Positions 50,118 to 60,343 of a stretch of DNA of 64,000 bases are shown here, in pieces. Below the pieces are notes generated by a model. That model made no database searches and was not told the DNA's origin. It saw only the letters and a list, made by a program, of their open reading frames with translations. The first letter of the stretch is position 1. Every line of letters begins with the position of its first letter. The translations under genes were made by a program, and so were the position numbers. The DNA is from a virus (lineage: Duplodnaviria; Caudoviricetes), in IMG/VR virus record IMGVR_UViG_2912838376_000002, positions 96,001 through 160,000 of that record. One strand, given 5' to 3'.

Positions 50118-53100
50118 TTACGCCACTCCTAATTGAACATTATCTTTCTCAATTTGCTTCCAGATATCTTTGTTGATTTTCTTCGGAATCGTAATCGAAT
50201 TAACAATAAAATCTTTTTGGTTTCGTTGCCAGTTCATCTGACCTTTTATACCAACCTTCATTATCATTCCTGCAACTAACCCCTCTTTTACCTGCTCATA
50301 ATGGGATGGGAACAGTGTTAAACTACGTTCACCCTCTAATGTATCAACTCGTAAGAAAGCCATGTTGTCGCCCTTCTTCGTGCGTATAACGCGTGCTTCT
50401 GTAAGAGCTACCATTGTTGTGTGAGTAGCATCATCTAACCCTTCCCAATCTGTAGGTTCAGCTAATCGATCAAGAACATGTCCGCTAATGTATAAACCAA
50501 GGACTTCACGCTCTTTTTCGAACTTGATACGGTCTGTATACTTTGTAATCTGTTCAATTAGTTCTGCATCTGGTGCTTCACCACGAACATCATACATATG
50601 GGCTAAATACTCAAAGCGGTTATTACATAACCCTTCAGATAAAGTATCAAAAGCACCTGAGTAACATAATGATGCAATTGCTTTCTTATTGAAGTTCTTC
50701 TTAGGAATACGATTGATTACATCTTTTGCTGATGTAAATGGACCACCAACTGCAACAGAACCTACTACAATATCAAGATCAGGAGTAGCTTCAATTTCAT
50801 CTGCTTCTTCTTGTGAGATTATAGTTTCTAATCCATCCGCATCACGAATAGCAGGAGCCATTCGTGGTTTTCGTTCTTCAAGAATTGCTTCTAGCGTTGC
50901 TTCTCCAAGGCCTTTAATAGCACCTAGTCCAAATCGAATTGCATTCTCACCATCAATCGTAAATCCAATTTCTGAACGATTAATATCTGGAGGTAATACT
51001 TCAATTCCCATATCTCGAATTACTTTTACTAATTTAACAACCTTATCTTCCTCTGTGTAGAATACTTGAAGTAATGCAGTCATGTACTCTAGAGGATAAT
51101 TAGCTTTAAGGTAAGCAGTTTGATAAGCGATATATGCGTAACATGCAGCATGAGAACGGTTAAATGCATAACCCGCGAACGGACGTATATCATCACAAAT
51201 CTTTGTAGCTACCTGAGCTGGTACGTTATTCAGTGTTAATCGATTATGAAGTTCTTCTAGTGCTGGCTCTAAGATTTCTATCTTTTTTTTGCCGACCGCT
51301 TTACGAAGAACATCTGCCTCCCCTTTTGAGTATCCTGCCATCTCAGTAGAAACCTGCATTACTTGTTCTTGGTAAATCATAATAGAGAACGTATTGCGTG
51401 TGATTTCATCAAAAGCAGGATGAACTTCAGGTACTTCTTCATGACCATTCGCCAATGCAGTATATTTAGGAATATAATCCATCGGACCCGGGCGATATAA
51501 TGATACGCCTGCAATTAATGTTTCAAAATCTACCTTGTTTAGACCCATAAACATTTTCTTCATTCCATCAGATTCAATCTGGAATATTCCATCCGTTTCT
51601 CCTCTTTGAATCATATCGAATGTTTTTTGGTCTTCTGGTATCAGATTATCTACATCAATTAAATAACCGTATCGATCTTCAACCATTCTTCGGCAAAGTT
51701 CAACTACTGATAAGTTTTTAAGTCCTAAGAAGTCAAACTTAATATATCCCTTAGCTTCTAAAGTAGGACCATCATATCCCGCAACACTTTCTCCGCCTTT
51801 TCCTCTTACAAGTGCTACTTCATTTGTAATTGGTTCAGCAGTAATAAGCATTCCGCAAGCATGAATACCTTGAGTACGTGGCATACTTTCTACTTCTAGA
51901 GCTAATTCAAATAATCTTGGATACTTTTTAGCATAAGCCTTCACTTCTTTAATCTCTTCTAAAGCTTCAGAGATGGGCATTACTTTACCTTGATGAGAAG
52001 GAATATATTTGTTTACTTCATTGATTTCATTGTGGTCAATACCAAGTGCTCGACCAATATCTTTTAATGCTGACTTAGTAGACAAAGTACCAAACGTTGC
52101 AATCTGTGCTACTTTATCTGCACCATATTTCTTAGTTACATATTCAATTACTTCGTGTCGTCTTAAATAATCGAAATCGGTATCTATATCTGGGAAACCA
52201 GGGCGTTCCGGATTAATAAAACGTTCAAATAATAGATTGTAACGAATCGGATCTAAGTTAGTAATACCTGTGACGTATGCTACAAGCGAACCTGCAGCTG
52301 AACCCCGACCAGGACCTACTAAAATACCATTACGTTTTGCATAGTTAATATAATCCCAAACTATCAACATATAAGCACTGATGTTTTTGTTTTTGATTAC
52401 TTCTAGCTCATAATCAAGTCTTCGTTTATATTTTCTATACATTTTGTAGAAGTTTTTCCCGACAAAGTTACCCTCTGCAATCTTCTCCATTAAGCCTTTA
52501 TTTGAAATATGAGCAAGATAACTATCGAAATCAAAGTCCTCTGGAACTTCAAACTCTGGATACTTAATGCTTGATTCATCTAAATCAACATGACAAGAAT
52601 GAGCTATGTTATAAGCATTAATCAGTGCTTCTTCTGGCATTCCCATCGCTAACATTTCTTCAGCAGAATAGAATACACAATGCTCATAAACGTCGATATC
52701 TGATTCATCTTCATCTTTACCTTTATTAATAGAGGTAATTGCTTTATGAACTGGACGATCTTCAGGACGTAACATATGTGCATCTGAAGTTGCTACTAGA
52801 GGAACGCCTAGTTCTTTTGACCACTCTATCAAAATATTATTTACAAAGATTTGTTCTTCCATTGTGCTAGGTTGAATTTCTAGATAAAACTCGTCAAAAC
52901 ACTTTTGGTAGAACTTAATATGGTTCTTTGCAACACGGAATTTACCTCTACGAATTAATTGTGGAATTGTTCCACCAAGACAAGATGAAGTTGCAATAAT
53001 TCCTTTACCATACTTCTTAATGTCACCATAATCGAATCGAGGTTTTCCGTAGAACCCTTCTACAGAACCAATCGTTGTTAATTTAATTAGGTTTTGATAA

Positions 53101-53675
53101 CCTTCATTGTTTTTAGCAATCATAAGCAAGTGAGCTATTCTAGGAGACCATTCAAATAAACGCTTTTGTTTGTCATCTTGCTTTCCTGATAAATACCAAC
53201 GAGTAGATTTTTTCAGTGCGTCAAACGCTACTGGATCCTTTTCATATAACTTCGCCAAGAACTCAATATGTTCAGGCTTCGTAGTTTTACCCTTAGTGAA
53301 TGAGTCTCTTTGCTTCTTTTCAAAAGCTATATACTCTTCACTTTCTAATTTAGCTAGTTCTTCTTTTGTACGATACGCAACATCAGTGTAGTTGATTCTA
53401 TCAAAATCTGCTTTTTTCCACTGTTTTCTAGGGGCGATGTATCCTTCCATTCCAAGAACCGGATGAATACCTGCTGCCTTACATTTTTTGTAGAACTGAA
53501 TATGTGCGAAACACGTACCATGATCACTTACACCAATTGAATCCATACCAAATTCTTGAGCTAATTTTATCATTGGATCAATACGACAGAATCCATCTAA
53601 CAAACTACCTTCTGGTGTATGTAAATGTAAATGTGCGAAAGGTACTATTCTGTGATTCGTGAGTGTCATCGTCAT
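50118..53675 (-). CDS. dnaE: DNA polymerase III alpha subunit (DnaE type)
   Basis: HLHLHT PHP, GRGSAAGSL, FERF, PDIDTDF, KFDFLGL, YQEQVM, YAFNRSH. Confidence 0.97.
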   Translation of the reverse strand: MTMTLTNHRIVPFAHLHLHTPEGSLLDGFCRIDPMIKLAQEFGMDSIGVSDHGTCFAHIQFYKKCKAAGIHPVLGMEGYIAPRKQWKKADFDRINYTDVAYRTKEELAKLESEEYIAFEKKQRDSFTKGKTTKPEHIEFLAKLYEKDPVAFDALKKSTRWYLSGKQDDKQKRLFEWSPRIAHLLMIAKNNEGYQNLIKLTTIGSVEGFYGKPRFDYGDIKKYGKGIIATSSCLGGTIPQLIRRGKFRVAKNHIKFYQKCFDEFYLEIQPSTMEEQIFVNNILIEWSKELGVPLVATSDAHMLRPEDRPVHKAITSINKGKDEDESDIDVYEHCVFYSAEEMLAMGMPEEALINAYNIAHSCHVDLDESSIKYPEFEVPEDFDFDSYLAHISNKGLMEKIAEGNFVGKNFYKMYRKYKRRLDYELEVIKNKNISAYMLIVWDYINYAKRNGILVGPGRGSAAGSLVAYVTGITNLDPIRYNLLFERFINPERPGFPDIDTDFDYLRRHEVIEYVTKKYGADKVAQIATFGTLSTKSALKDIGRALGIDHNEINEVNKYIPSHQGKVMPISEALEEIKEVKAYAKKYPRLFELALEVESMPRTQGIHACGMLITAEPITNEVALVRGKGGESVAGYDGPTLEAKGYIKFDFLGLKNLSVVELCRRMVEDRYGYLIDVDNLIPEDQKTFDMIQRGETDGIFQIESDGMKKMFMGLNKVDFETLIAGVSLYRPGPMDYIPKYTALANGHEEVPEVHPAFDEITRNTFSIMIYQEQVMQVSTEMAGYSKGEADVLRKAVGKKKIEILEPALEELHNRLTLNNVPAQVATKICDDIRPFAGYAFNRSHAACYAYIAYQTAYLKANYPLEYMTALLQVFYTEEDKVVKLVKVIRDMGIEVLPPDINRSEIGFTIDGENAIRFGLGAIKGLGEATLEAILEERKPRMAPAIRDADGLETIISQEEADEIEATPDLDIVVGSVAVGGPFTSAKDVINRIPKKNFNKKAIASLCYSGAFDTLSEGLCNNRFEYLAHMYDVRGEAPDAELIEQITKYTDRIKFEKEREVLGLYISGHVLDRLAEPTDWEGLDDATHTTMVALTEARVIRTKKGDNMAFLRVDTLEGERSLTLFPSHYEQVKEGLVAGMIMKVGIKGQMNWQRNQKDFIVNSITIPKKINKDIWKQIEKDNVQLGVA

Positions 53676-54337
53676 TCTTCTTCGTCCTCGTCTTCATCAT
53701 CTTCGTATTCATCATCTTCGTATTCATCAATACCATTAATATTTGCTACTATGCTATTGATATATGACACAACATTTGTTTCACTTTTAAACTTATAGAG
53801 ACCACCTGGATTCTCATCCATCTTGTTACAAATCCCATAATAGTTGTACTCATTTTCTCGTGTCATATTTTCAAAGAGATAGATTGCGACTAATGCGCTT
53901 AATTCAACAAGGCCGTCGTATTCGTAAACATACTCATCCGATGAATCAAGATACGCTGATGAAAACATATATGCTTGCTCTACTATGAAGAAGTCATGAA
54001 ACTGTAAAGGCAATGTAGAATTCCCATTGTGACGATACTTAAACATTTCTTCACGCTTAACTCTACCTTCAGCGGTTAATTCTTTCTTTTTCCTTAGATA
54101 AACAGTTAACACTTCGCACAATAAAGGAAAGTTATTAATCATTCTGTGATTGCTTATGTCATAACAAGATGAAGCTTCCCTTTTAAACAATTTAGGTACA
54201 ACCATTTCCTTGCCAACATCTAAAACCTTCATAGAAGAGATGAGAACGTCTTTACCTGCGTCTATTTGTGTTAATTGCTTCGTTGCTAATTGATTAATCC
54301 CATACAAAAGGGATTGGATAAGAAACTTATCGTCCAT
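53672..54337 (-). CDS. Hypothetical protein with acidic tail
   Basis: ATGA overlap with dnaE. Confidence 0.7.
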   Translation of the reverse strand: MDDKFLIQSLLYGINQLATKQLTQIDAGKDVLISSMKVLDVGKEMVVPKLFKREASSCYDISNHRMINNFPLLCEVLTVYLRKKKELTAEGRVKREEMFKYRHNGNSTLPLQFHDFFIVEQAYMFSSAYLDSSDEYVYEYDGLVELSALVAIYLFENMTRENEYNYYGICNKMDENPGGLYKFKSETNVVSYINSIVANINGIDEYEDDEYEDDEDEDEEE

Positions 54338-54393
54338 CTACTTCTCTCCTTCCGGAAAACAAGGGTAGCCGTAACTACCCTATATTTTCTTCA

Positions 54394-54747
54394 TTACCAG
54401 CCAGTTCTCGAATGTTGAATATTCTCCGTAGAACTATTGATGTCTCGCATCATTTGCTCTAAGTGGCTAATAACTTGATTGATTTGAACTTGTTGTCCAT
54501 CAATACGGTAGGCGAATGCTCGTAATCCTTCACGAGTAATTGGAGTAGTTGCATTTGATGCATCGATAATTTCTTTTTCAATAACATCCGAACCATCTAC
54601 AACACTTTTTAGCATTTGTAGTGCGAATTGTACTTTATCAGCAACGTGACGAATATCTTGTGCTACAAATCTTGCATTTGTATTTCCCCAGTCAGATGCT
54701 AATAAATTGCTTCCACCGGGTTGTGGGTTGTAATTATTCATATTCAT
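54394..54747 (-). CDS. Helical hypothetical protein
   Basis: GGAGG RBS. Confidence 0.7.
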   Translation of the reverse strand: MNMNNYNPQPGGSNLLASDWGNTNARFVAQDIRHVADKVQFALQMLKSVVDGSDVIEKEIIDASNATTPITREGLRAFAYRIDGQQVQINQVISHLEQMMRDINSSTENIQHSRTGW

Positions 54748-54756
54748 ATCCTCCGA

Positions 54757-55176
54757 TTACTTCTGATAACGATCTGTTAGTTCATCCAGCTTCTTACAAT
54801 GACCACTCACAACATCTGTTAATTGGTCAATTTCATCAGTGTACTTATCAACATCAGCAATATTACGTTGAACCTCTTGCATGTTGTCACCGATTGTCTG
54901 AACTTTTGCCGTTACCTCATCCGTAATAGAAGCTAATGAGTTTTTAATATGAATTGGTGCTTCTGGACCAATCTGTTGTGCTAAACGAGACATCAGCTGC
55001 GGAATCTGTTGTAAGATTTTTTCAGCTGAACGTAATTCACGTCCACAAGAGTTTAATTCCGAGTCAATTTTATCCGTTGCGCGGTCAATTTGAGCCTGAA
55101 CAGTCATACGAATCTCTACTGCTATATCGTCAACATCATTACATAATTGACGTACTGCACTTTTCCCTACTATCAT
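54757..55176 (-). CDS. Coiled-coil hypothetical protein
   Basis: GGAGG RBS, heptad pattern. Confidence 0.7.
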   Translation of the reverse strand: MIVGKSAVRQLCNDVDDIAVEIRMTVQAQIDRATDKIDSELNSCGRELRSAEKILQQIPQLMSRLAQQIGPEAPIHIKNSLASITDEVTAKVQTIGDNMQEVQRNIADVDKYTDEIDQLTDVVSGHCKKLDELTDRYQK

Positions 55177-55250
55177 CTATGTTTTTCCTCCAGTATGTTC
55201 ATTGTTTAATAGTAAGAAGCGGGAAGAACCCGCCTCATATAACTAGGCTA

Positions 55251-56045
55251 TTAAACTAAGCCTGCAACTACTTTACCTTCTTCTACTTTGAACGCAAGTT
55301 CGAAACCTTCTTCTTCAACTAAGTAAGAAGCAAGTGAAGTTAAGATGAAAGCTGTGTATTCGTGAGCGTATTCTACAGGCTCTGTAAAACCTAATTCATT
55401 CGCTTTTGCATAGAAAGAACTTGCGAATAAAACTTCATATACTTCAATTACTTTAGGATCTAAGCTGATTACCTGGCCAGCAGCATCGTCATGAATGATA
55501 TCATCAACAATTGTATTAAGAATGCCTTTGATTTTATCTTCAGTTGTTTTAGCGGCTTGTTGCTCTTCTACTTGTCCTTTGATATGAGCAGAAAGGTTAA
55601 ATGCTGGCTTAGCTTCAGCTTGAGCTTTAATACCTTCTACAAGTTTTTTGTAATTAAGTTGCTCTTTAATAGAAGCAGATACATCAACTTGTGGTTCTTG
55701 CTTGATGTAAGGAATAATTACTGGGTTAATCTCTGCTTTTGGAGCTTGTTGACGAATAAAGTTAGAAAGTTCTTGAGCAGAGAATTGAGAAACTGATTTT
55801 ACAGCAGGTGCAAGCTCTTGTTTTACTTCTTCGCGAGCAACTTCTTCTACAGAAGAGAATAATGTTTCAAGTAATGCCTCAACAATAAGACGAGGGCCTA
55901 CTTCGTTAAGTGCTGCAACAATTTCTTCGCCTTGTGGATGAACTTCCATTAATGCCTTGAAGTCTAATACTTCTTGTGGAGTTGCATGGATTAATGACTT
56001 TGCTACTGATTCGATATATTCCTTAGTTAATGTTAATGTTTTCAT
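55251..56045 (-). CDS. Hypothetical protein
   Basis: GGAGG RBS, highly biased codons. Confidence 0.8.
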   Translation of the reverse strand: MKTLTLTKEYIESVAKSLIHATPQEVLDFKALMEVHPQGEEIVAALNEVGPRLIVEALLETLFSSVEEVAREEVKQELAPAVKSVSQFSAQELSNFIRQQAPKAEINPVIIPYIKQEPQVDVSASIKEQLNYKKLVEGIKAQAEAKPAFNLSAHIKGQVEEQQAAKTTEDKIKGILNTIVDDIIHDDAAGQVISLDPKVIEVYEVLFASSFYAKANELGFTEPVEYAHEYTAFILTSLASYLVEEEGFELAFKVEEGKVVAGLV

Positions 56046-56070
56046 AATTAAATTCCTCCTGAGTTATCTC

Positions 56071-56337
56071 TTAGTGTGTTTGAGTATTTGTTACGGGTTT
56101 TACATAGCGTTCGATACCTACAATGTCAAACACATGAAGCTCTACTCTAGTTGAGAAATGCTTAATAACGTTTAGGACGTCTTCTTGTGTTTTTAAAGTA
56201 CTAGGATCTAAGATGTACTTACTTCCTCCAATAAGGAAATCAGATACATCAGGAACAACTACATCTGGTACTACATCCGGAAGAATACCTTCTACCGGTT
56301 CTAATTCTTCAGTTGTCAACCTGTTCATCTCCCTCAT
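56071..56337 (-). CDS. Hypothetical protein
   Basis: 88-aa ORF. Confidence 0.6.
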   Translation of the reverse strand: MREMNRLTTEELEPVEGILPDVVPDVVVPDVSDFLIGGSKYILDPSTLKTQEDVLNVIKHFSTRVELHVFDIVGIERYVKPVTNTQTH

Positions 56338-56369
56338 GATTTGGTTTACTGTTTCTTGGTTTTTGTAGT

Positions 56370-56880
56370 CTTTTAGATTACCGACTGTCTTTCTGTCTTT
56401 GGTGACTGTCTTTTATGAAACAGTCGATAACCTAAATCGATAACAAAAACTTTATAGATGACATCTACTCAGGTACTTATACTTTTGGTTAGCTGCCGAG
56501 TTGTAGTAGATCATAATATACCTACCCTACTGCCGAAGATAAGACTTCAACATGTAGGATAGGATAAATGTAATGACACTTTTACTTTTGTATAAGTACC
56601 TGAGAGATTATGAGTCACCGCTGTTTTTACATAAGGTTTCCCTTCATACGAACACAATGCTAATCCTGCCCAACACTGTATTGTCCGTAAGCTACGTTCT
56701 CGTAAGAACCAGGACTCCACCCGACCTTTTTCTGCAAGAGGTAGTCGTCACCCCTCTAAGACTCCTCTCCCGGACGTAAACAGCGGAAATTCCTTGACTG
56801 ATGGAGAGTACGCTGATTTTATGCATTGGCTCAGCTCACCTTACCTCTTATTTCAAGTCGATTTAAGGGCGCTCGACTAT
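56370..56880 (-). ncRNA. Candidate large structured RNA (about 500 nt; strand inferred)
   Basis: Perfect 15-bp stem 56468-56482/56590-56604, 9-bp stem 56618-56626/56778-56786, further hairpins, no credible ORF. Confidence 0.55.
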
Positions 56881-56981
56881 TATTCTTTTTTCGCTTGTAC
56901 AAACACAACCATTTAAAAACGAAAAGTCAATAGGTCAGGAGAAAATAGTATTCTTAAATTTTTGGGTAAATAAAAAAGACG

Positions 56982-57401
56982 CTATTCAGCGCCTTCTTCT
57001 GGTAGTATATTAATCTCTCTAACTAATACACGAAAAGGTTCATATCCATGCGGTACAATAATATCTGTGCCTGCTTTTGATAGAAACCTGCATTCTCTTT
57101 TTAAAGCAAACAGTTTTCCACTTGCAATTACAACGTCACCTTTCTTGGCTCCGAGATTTCTCCATAGAACACCAGGTACTAAAATTAGTAATTCACCAAG
57201 ACCATCTTCAAGTGTTACATAGGAAAGATCTCCTTCTGTTTGGTCATTGTATTTATACATGTCAAAAACAAGTTTGATTTTTCCACCACAAACCACTTCT
57301 TGTCCGTCTTCTCCATCTTTCTGAAGAATGTAGGAGAATCCACTAATATGTGGTTGTATCTGTTTCATTAACTTAGCTGCTTCTTCATTTGTTAATTGCA
57401 T
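56982..57401 (-). CDS. Stand-alone OB-fold protein resembling the DnaE OB domain
   Basis: VVCGGKI...YVTLEDGLGELLILV...GDVVIASGKL. Confidence 0.6.
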   Translation of the reverse strand: MQLTNEEAAKLMKQIQPHISGFSYILQKDGEDGQEVVCGGKIKLVFDMYKYNDQTEGDLSYVTLEDGLGELLILVPGVLWRNLGAKKGDVVIASGKLFALKRECRFLSKAGTDIIVPHGYEPFRVLVREINILPEEGAE

Positions 57402-58078
57402 GTATATTCGCCCCTTTCATATTTATCTAAGAGTTGGTTAACAAGCCCGTCTGTGATCTTATTATGCTCTCTTGGTATGTGCTTTAACTCTACATTAGGG
57501 ATACTATCTAATTTGCTAATTAAATCTAAAACATATTCTTTAAATACTCTTTGCTGTGGTAATTTTTGTTGAATGTGTTGAACCATTGATGCACAATCAG
57601 TTAGAAATATTATTCTTTTAGCTGAAGCCCTATACTTCTCAACAAATAGTAACGCTTGAAGCAATCCATGATACTCAGCAAATGTAGAATTAATATCAAT
57701 CTTTTCACCAGAAGGTAACTGAATAGAATCACCAATAAAAGAAGATTCATGTGTTAACATCTTCTGATCACCATAAATAGCAAATGCACTTGCAGCGATA
57801 GATTCCTGACTAACATCATGATTATTTCTTACACCACCATCAGTAAAAACAATAATAGTTTCATAGTTCTTTCTGAATGCTTTTCTTGTTTTTAACTCTT
57901 CTAACAGAGCGCCTACATCATAGCCATTTTCTTTAAGTTCTTTCAATAGCATATCTTGCTTTTTAGAAATTTCTTTTGCTTTGTCTTGCTCCCCGCGTTC
58001 CATATGTTCTTCAAAAGAAAAAAACAGATGGCTAAAATCCTGAGCCATCTGCTGATTTGAATTAAGCAATAAATTCAT
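57392..58078 (-). CDS. Ribonuclease HI-family protein
   Basis: VFTDGG, AEYHGL, LTDC, HIPREHNKITD. Confidence 0.85.
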   Translation of the reverse strand: MNLLLNSNQQMAQDFSHLFFSFEEHMERGEQDKAKEISKKQDMLLKELKENGYDVGALLEELKTRKAFRKNYETIIVFTDGGVRNNHDVSQESIAASAFAIYGDQKMLTHESSFIGDSIQLPSGEKIDINSTFAEYHGLLQALLFVEKYRASAKRIIFLTDCASMVQHIQQKLPQQRVFKEYVLDLISKLDSIPNVELKHIPREHNKITDGLVNQLLDKYERGEYTCN

Positions 58079-58937
58079 CGATTACACTCTTCTTATTTAG
58101 GAACGTACGAGTAGTACCTTGCTGTGTGTCAAAAGTAACTGCAAAGTATTTTAAGCCGGGAAGCTCTTCGTTTTCTGTATTAGCTGTTAATAAGATATTG
58201 GCAAACTTAAATAGTTCAGTAGCAGCAGTAATGTTTGTCATGATATTTTGTGGATGTGATACAGCTGCTTCATCACAACTTAATTCAGTTGGAAGCTTAT
58301 CTCCACCTTCAAGAATCTCTGGAAACATTTCTGTAACCGTCGGTGTGCGGAACCAATTGTTGTCACCATATGCATCTTGGTTATAGATTTTCCCAGGAAC
58401 AAAACCACAAACAACCTGACCGTTTAAGAATTCATTACCACTACTTAAAGAATAGATACCACGCATTTTCTTTTTCAAGTTTTGAACTGCTTCATGAATG
58501 AAGACACGAGTTTTGTTATTATCCACGCAATCAACAATAACTGGAATCTGAGTGTTAATGTCATTACAACTAGCAATTACGATATCTTCTAACATCTTAG
58601 TAGAAGTAATGTATTGGTCTAGGAATCGGATATTTGTCTGGAAAGCAACTCCGTATCTAGTAGATAAAACTTCTGCTTTGTTACTATCAAGATCTTTTTC
58701 TACAAAGTTTTGGCGATTAAGGTTAGATAAACTAACTTCATCTTGGTCTATGATAAGTAATTTATGCTCGGGTAATCGCTCAATGCGACGTAGTTTATTA
58801 GTAATAGAGATTTGTCGTGCTAAGTTTGGAATAAAGTAACCACCTGTACCACCAGCGCCAACAACAACAAAAACTTTTGCCATTTGATAGCTAGTATTTA
58901 ACGTAAAGGTTGGTTCTAAATTTAATTGGAATGCCAT
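58062..58937 (-). CDS. ThiF/E1-like activating enzyme, PRTRC type
   Basis: VGAGGTGG, DQDEVSLSNLNRQNF, NKAEVL, DCVDN, ELSC; start MAFQL at 58937. Confidence 0.9.
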   Translation of the reverse strand: MAFQLNLEPTFTLNTSYQMAKVFVVVGAGGTGGYFIPNLARQISITNKLRRIERLPEHKLLIIDQDEVSLSNLNRQNFVEKDLDSNKAEVLSTRYGVAFQTNIRFLDQYITSTKMLEDIVIASCNDINTQIPVIVDCVDNNKTRVFIHEAVQNLKKKMRGIYSLSSGNEFLNGQVVCGFVPGKIYNQDAYGDNNWFRTPTVTEMFPEILEGGDKLPTELSCDEAAVSHPQNIMTNITAATELFKFANILLTANTENEELPGLKYFAVTFDTQQGTTRTFLNKKSVIDEFIA

Positions 58938-58996
58938 TATTTTTCTCCCTTCCTGTATAGCATAAAGTGTCGGGGCGTTAGCCCCGCACACATTTA

Positions 58997-60187
58997 TTAA
59001 ATTGCATTTTGTTTCATACCATGAATGGTAGATTCAATTACTTGTGAATAACCATGTCGTTCATATTCCGAACACAAATCATAAATATTGTCTCGAATAT
59101 CTAATTTGTTTTTTTCATCAGCTAAGTTCATAAACTGAATCACTTCAGCACCTTCAAAACCTGAACCTGTAATTGTATGACCTGACATTAATACCGAAGA
59201 AAGATCTTCTTCAAAAGCTGGGTTAAATGCATTCGGATCGTGTTCAAAATCCCATCCGATTTGGTCAAGTCCTCCATCGAAACGGGAGACATATCTGTTG
59301 CTACGGGGAAAGGTTCCTCGTCCGCCTATTGTAGGTATCGCTGGTACAATTCTTTTTGCAGTATGTTGATCCATCCATTCAGCAGGATAGTCAAGTTTCT
59401 TGAATGGTCCTTTAAACATATGATGTTCTTGATTGATAGAAGTTATTGGTTCTAAAGTTTCATCTTCAAAAGTAATAACTTCTGTCGTAGTCGTCGTTGC
59501 CATTGGCCATTCAAATAATACATCCGGACTAATTTCAATTTTTGCATCACCACTTACATAACGGAATGCAAATTTTGGTTGTTGATTTGTAATATAGCCC
59601 CATACTCCATAAAACTGTGTAGCATTTTCATTCGCATTATCTGTGCTACTAAAGTATGCGTTCATGGTATGGTGACTGTGTGTTTCGCAAAGAATACAGA
59701 GATTAGTTCTTAACCAGTCTACTACCGGATCTTTGTGAAACTCAGAAAGACCACCTTGGTTTTCTTGACGTGGCACATAAACAACAAGTTGTCCTTCAGA
59801 CATTAATCCTTTAACTGGTGAGTTATCAGAATACACATCTGGTAAACGTTTATTGTCTTTGTTCCAGAAGAACAATAGTGATGCTTCTGTTTTATCTTTT
59901 TCATAAACATCTAAATAGAAGCTTAGTGCCATTTGTAAAAATTTAAATGGAATCTTTGGAACAAGAAGTTCTGGGCCTTCTTCCATTGTCTTTAAACCTG
60001 GAATTGGTTTCTTGTATTCTTGAACCTTTACTTTAAAAATAGCAATTGGTGTTTTCTCAACACGGAATAATCCGTTTGCTGCAGTAACGTAATTAATCTT
60101 TTTCAAAGTGTCTGTGTTGTAATGGTCATTGTAAGCAAGATACCCTGTTACTTGACTCGCTAGTAGATTTGTAAGATTAAGTGTCAT
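58997..60187 (-). CDS. JAB/MPN metallopeptidase (PRTRC protein A-like)
   Basis: TEA...ETHSHHTMNAYFSSTD JAMM motif. Confidence 0.85.
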   Translation of the reverse strand: MTLNLTNLLASQVTGYLAYNDHYNTDTLKKINYVTAANGLFRVEKTPIAIFKVKVQEYKKPIPGLKTMEEGPELLVPKIPFKFLQMALSFYLDVYEKDKTEASLLFFWNKDNKRLPDVYSDNSPVKGLMSEGQLVVYVPRQENQGGLSEFHKDPVVDWLRTNLCILCETHSHHTMNAYFSSTDNANENATQFYGVWGYITNQQPKFAFRYVSGDAKIEISPDVLFEWPMATTTTTEVITFEDETLEPITSINQEHHMFKGPFKKLDYPAEWMDQHTAKRIVPAIPTIGGRGTFPRSNRYVSRFDGGLDQIGWDFEHDPNAFNPAFEEDLSSVLMSGHTITGSGFEGAEVIQFMNLADEKNKLDIRDNIYDLCSEYERHGYSQVIESTIHGMKQNAI

Positions 60188-60343
60188 TATCTTTTCTCCC
60201 GTTCTTTTCTTTTTCTATCAAAGATAGTTTTATACACTAGTATAAATCAGAAAACAACAGATTCCCCTACTAACAATGGTAATACACTATAATCTAGGGG
60301 AATCTATTAATTTCTAATAAATTAACGTATATTCCATTAAAAA

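Noticed and set aside
50118-53675. Intein in DnaE
   Set aside because: Insertions lack Cys/Ser start, His-Asn end and endonuclease motifs
56573-56779. 68-aa plus-strand ORF
   Set aside because: Lies within the structured non-coding region and opposes the backbone direction
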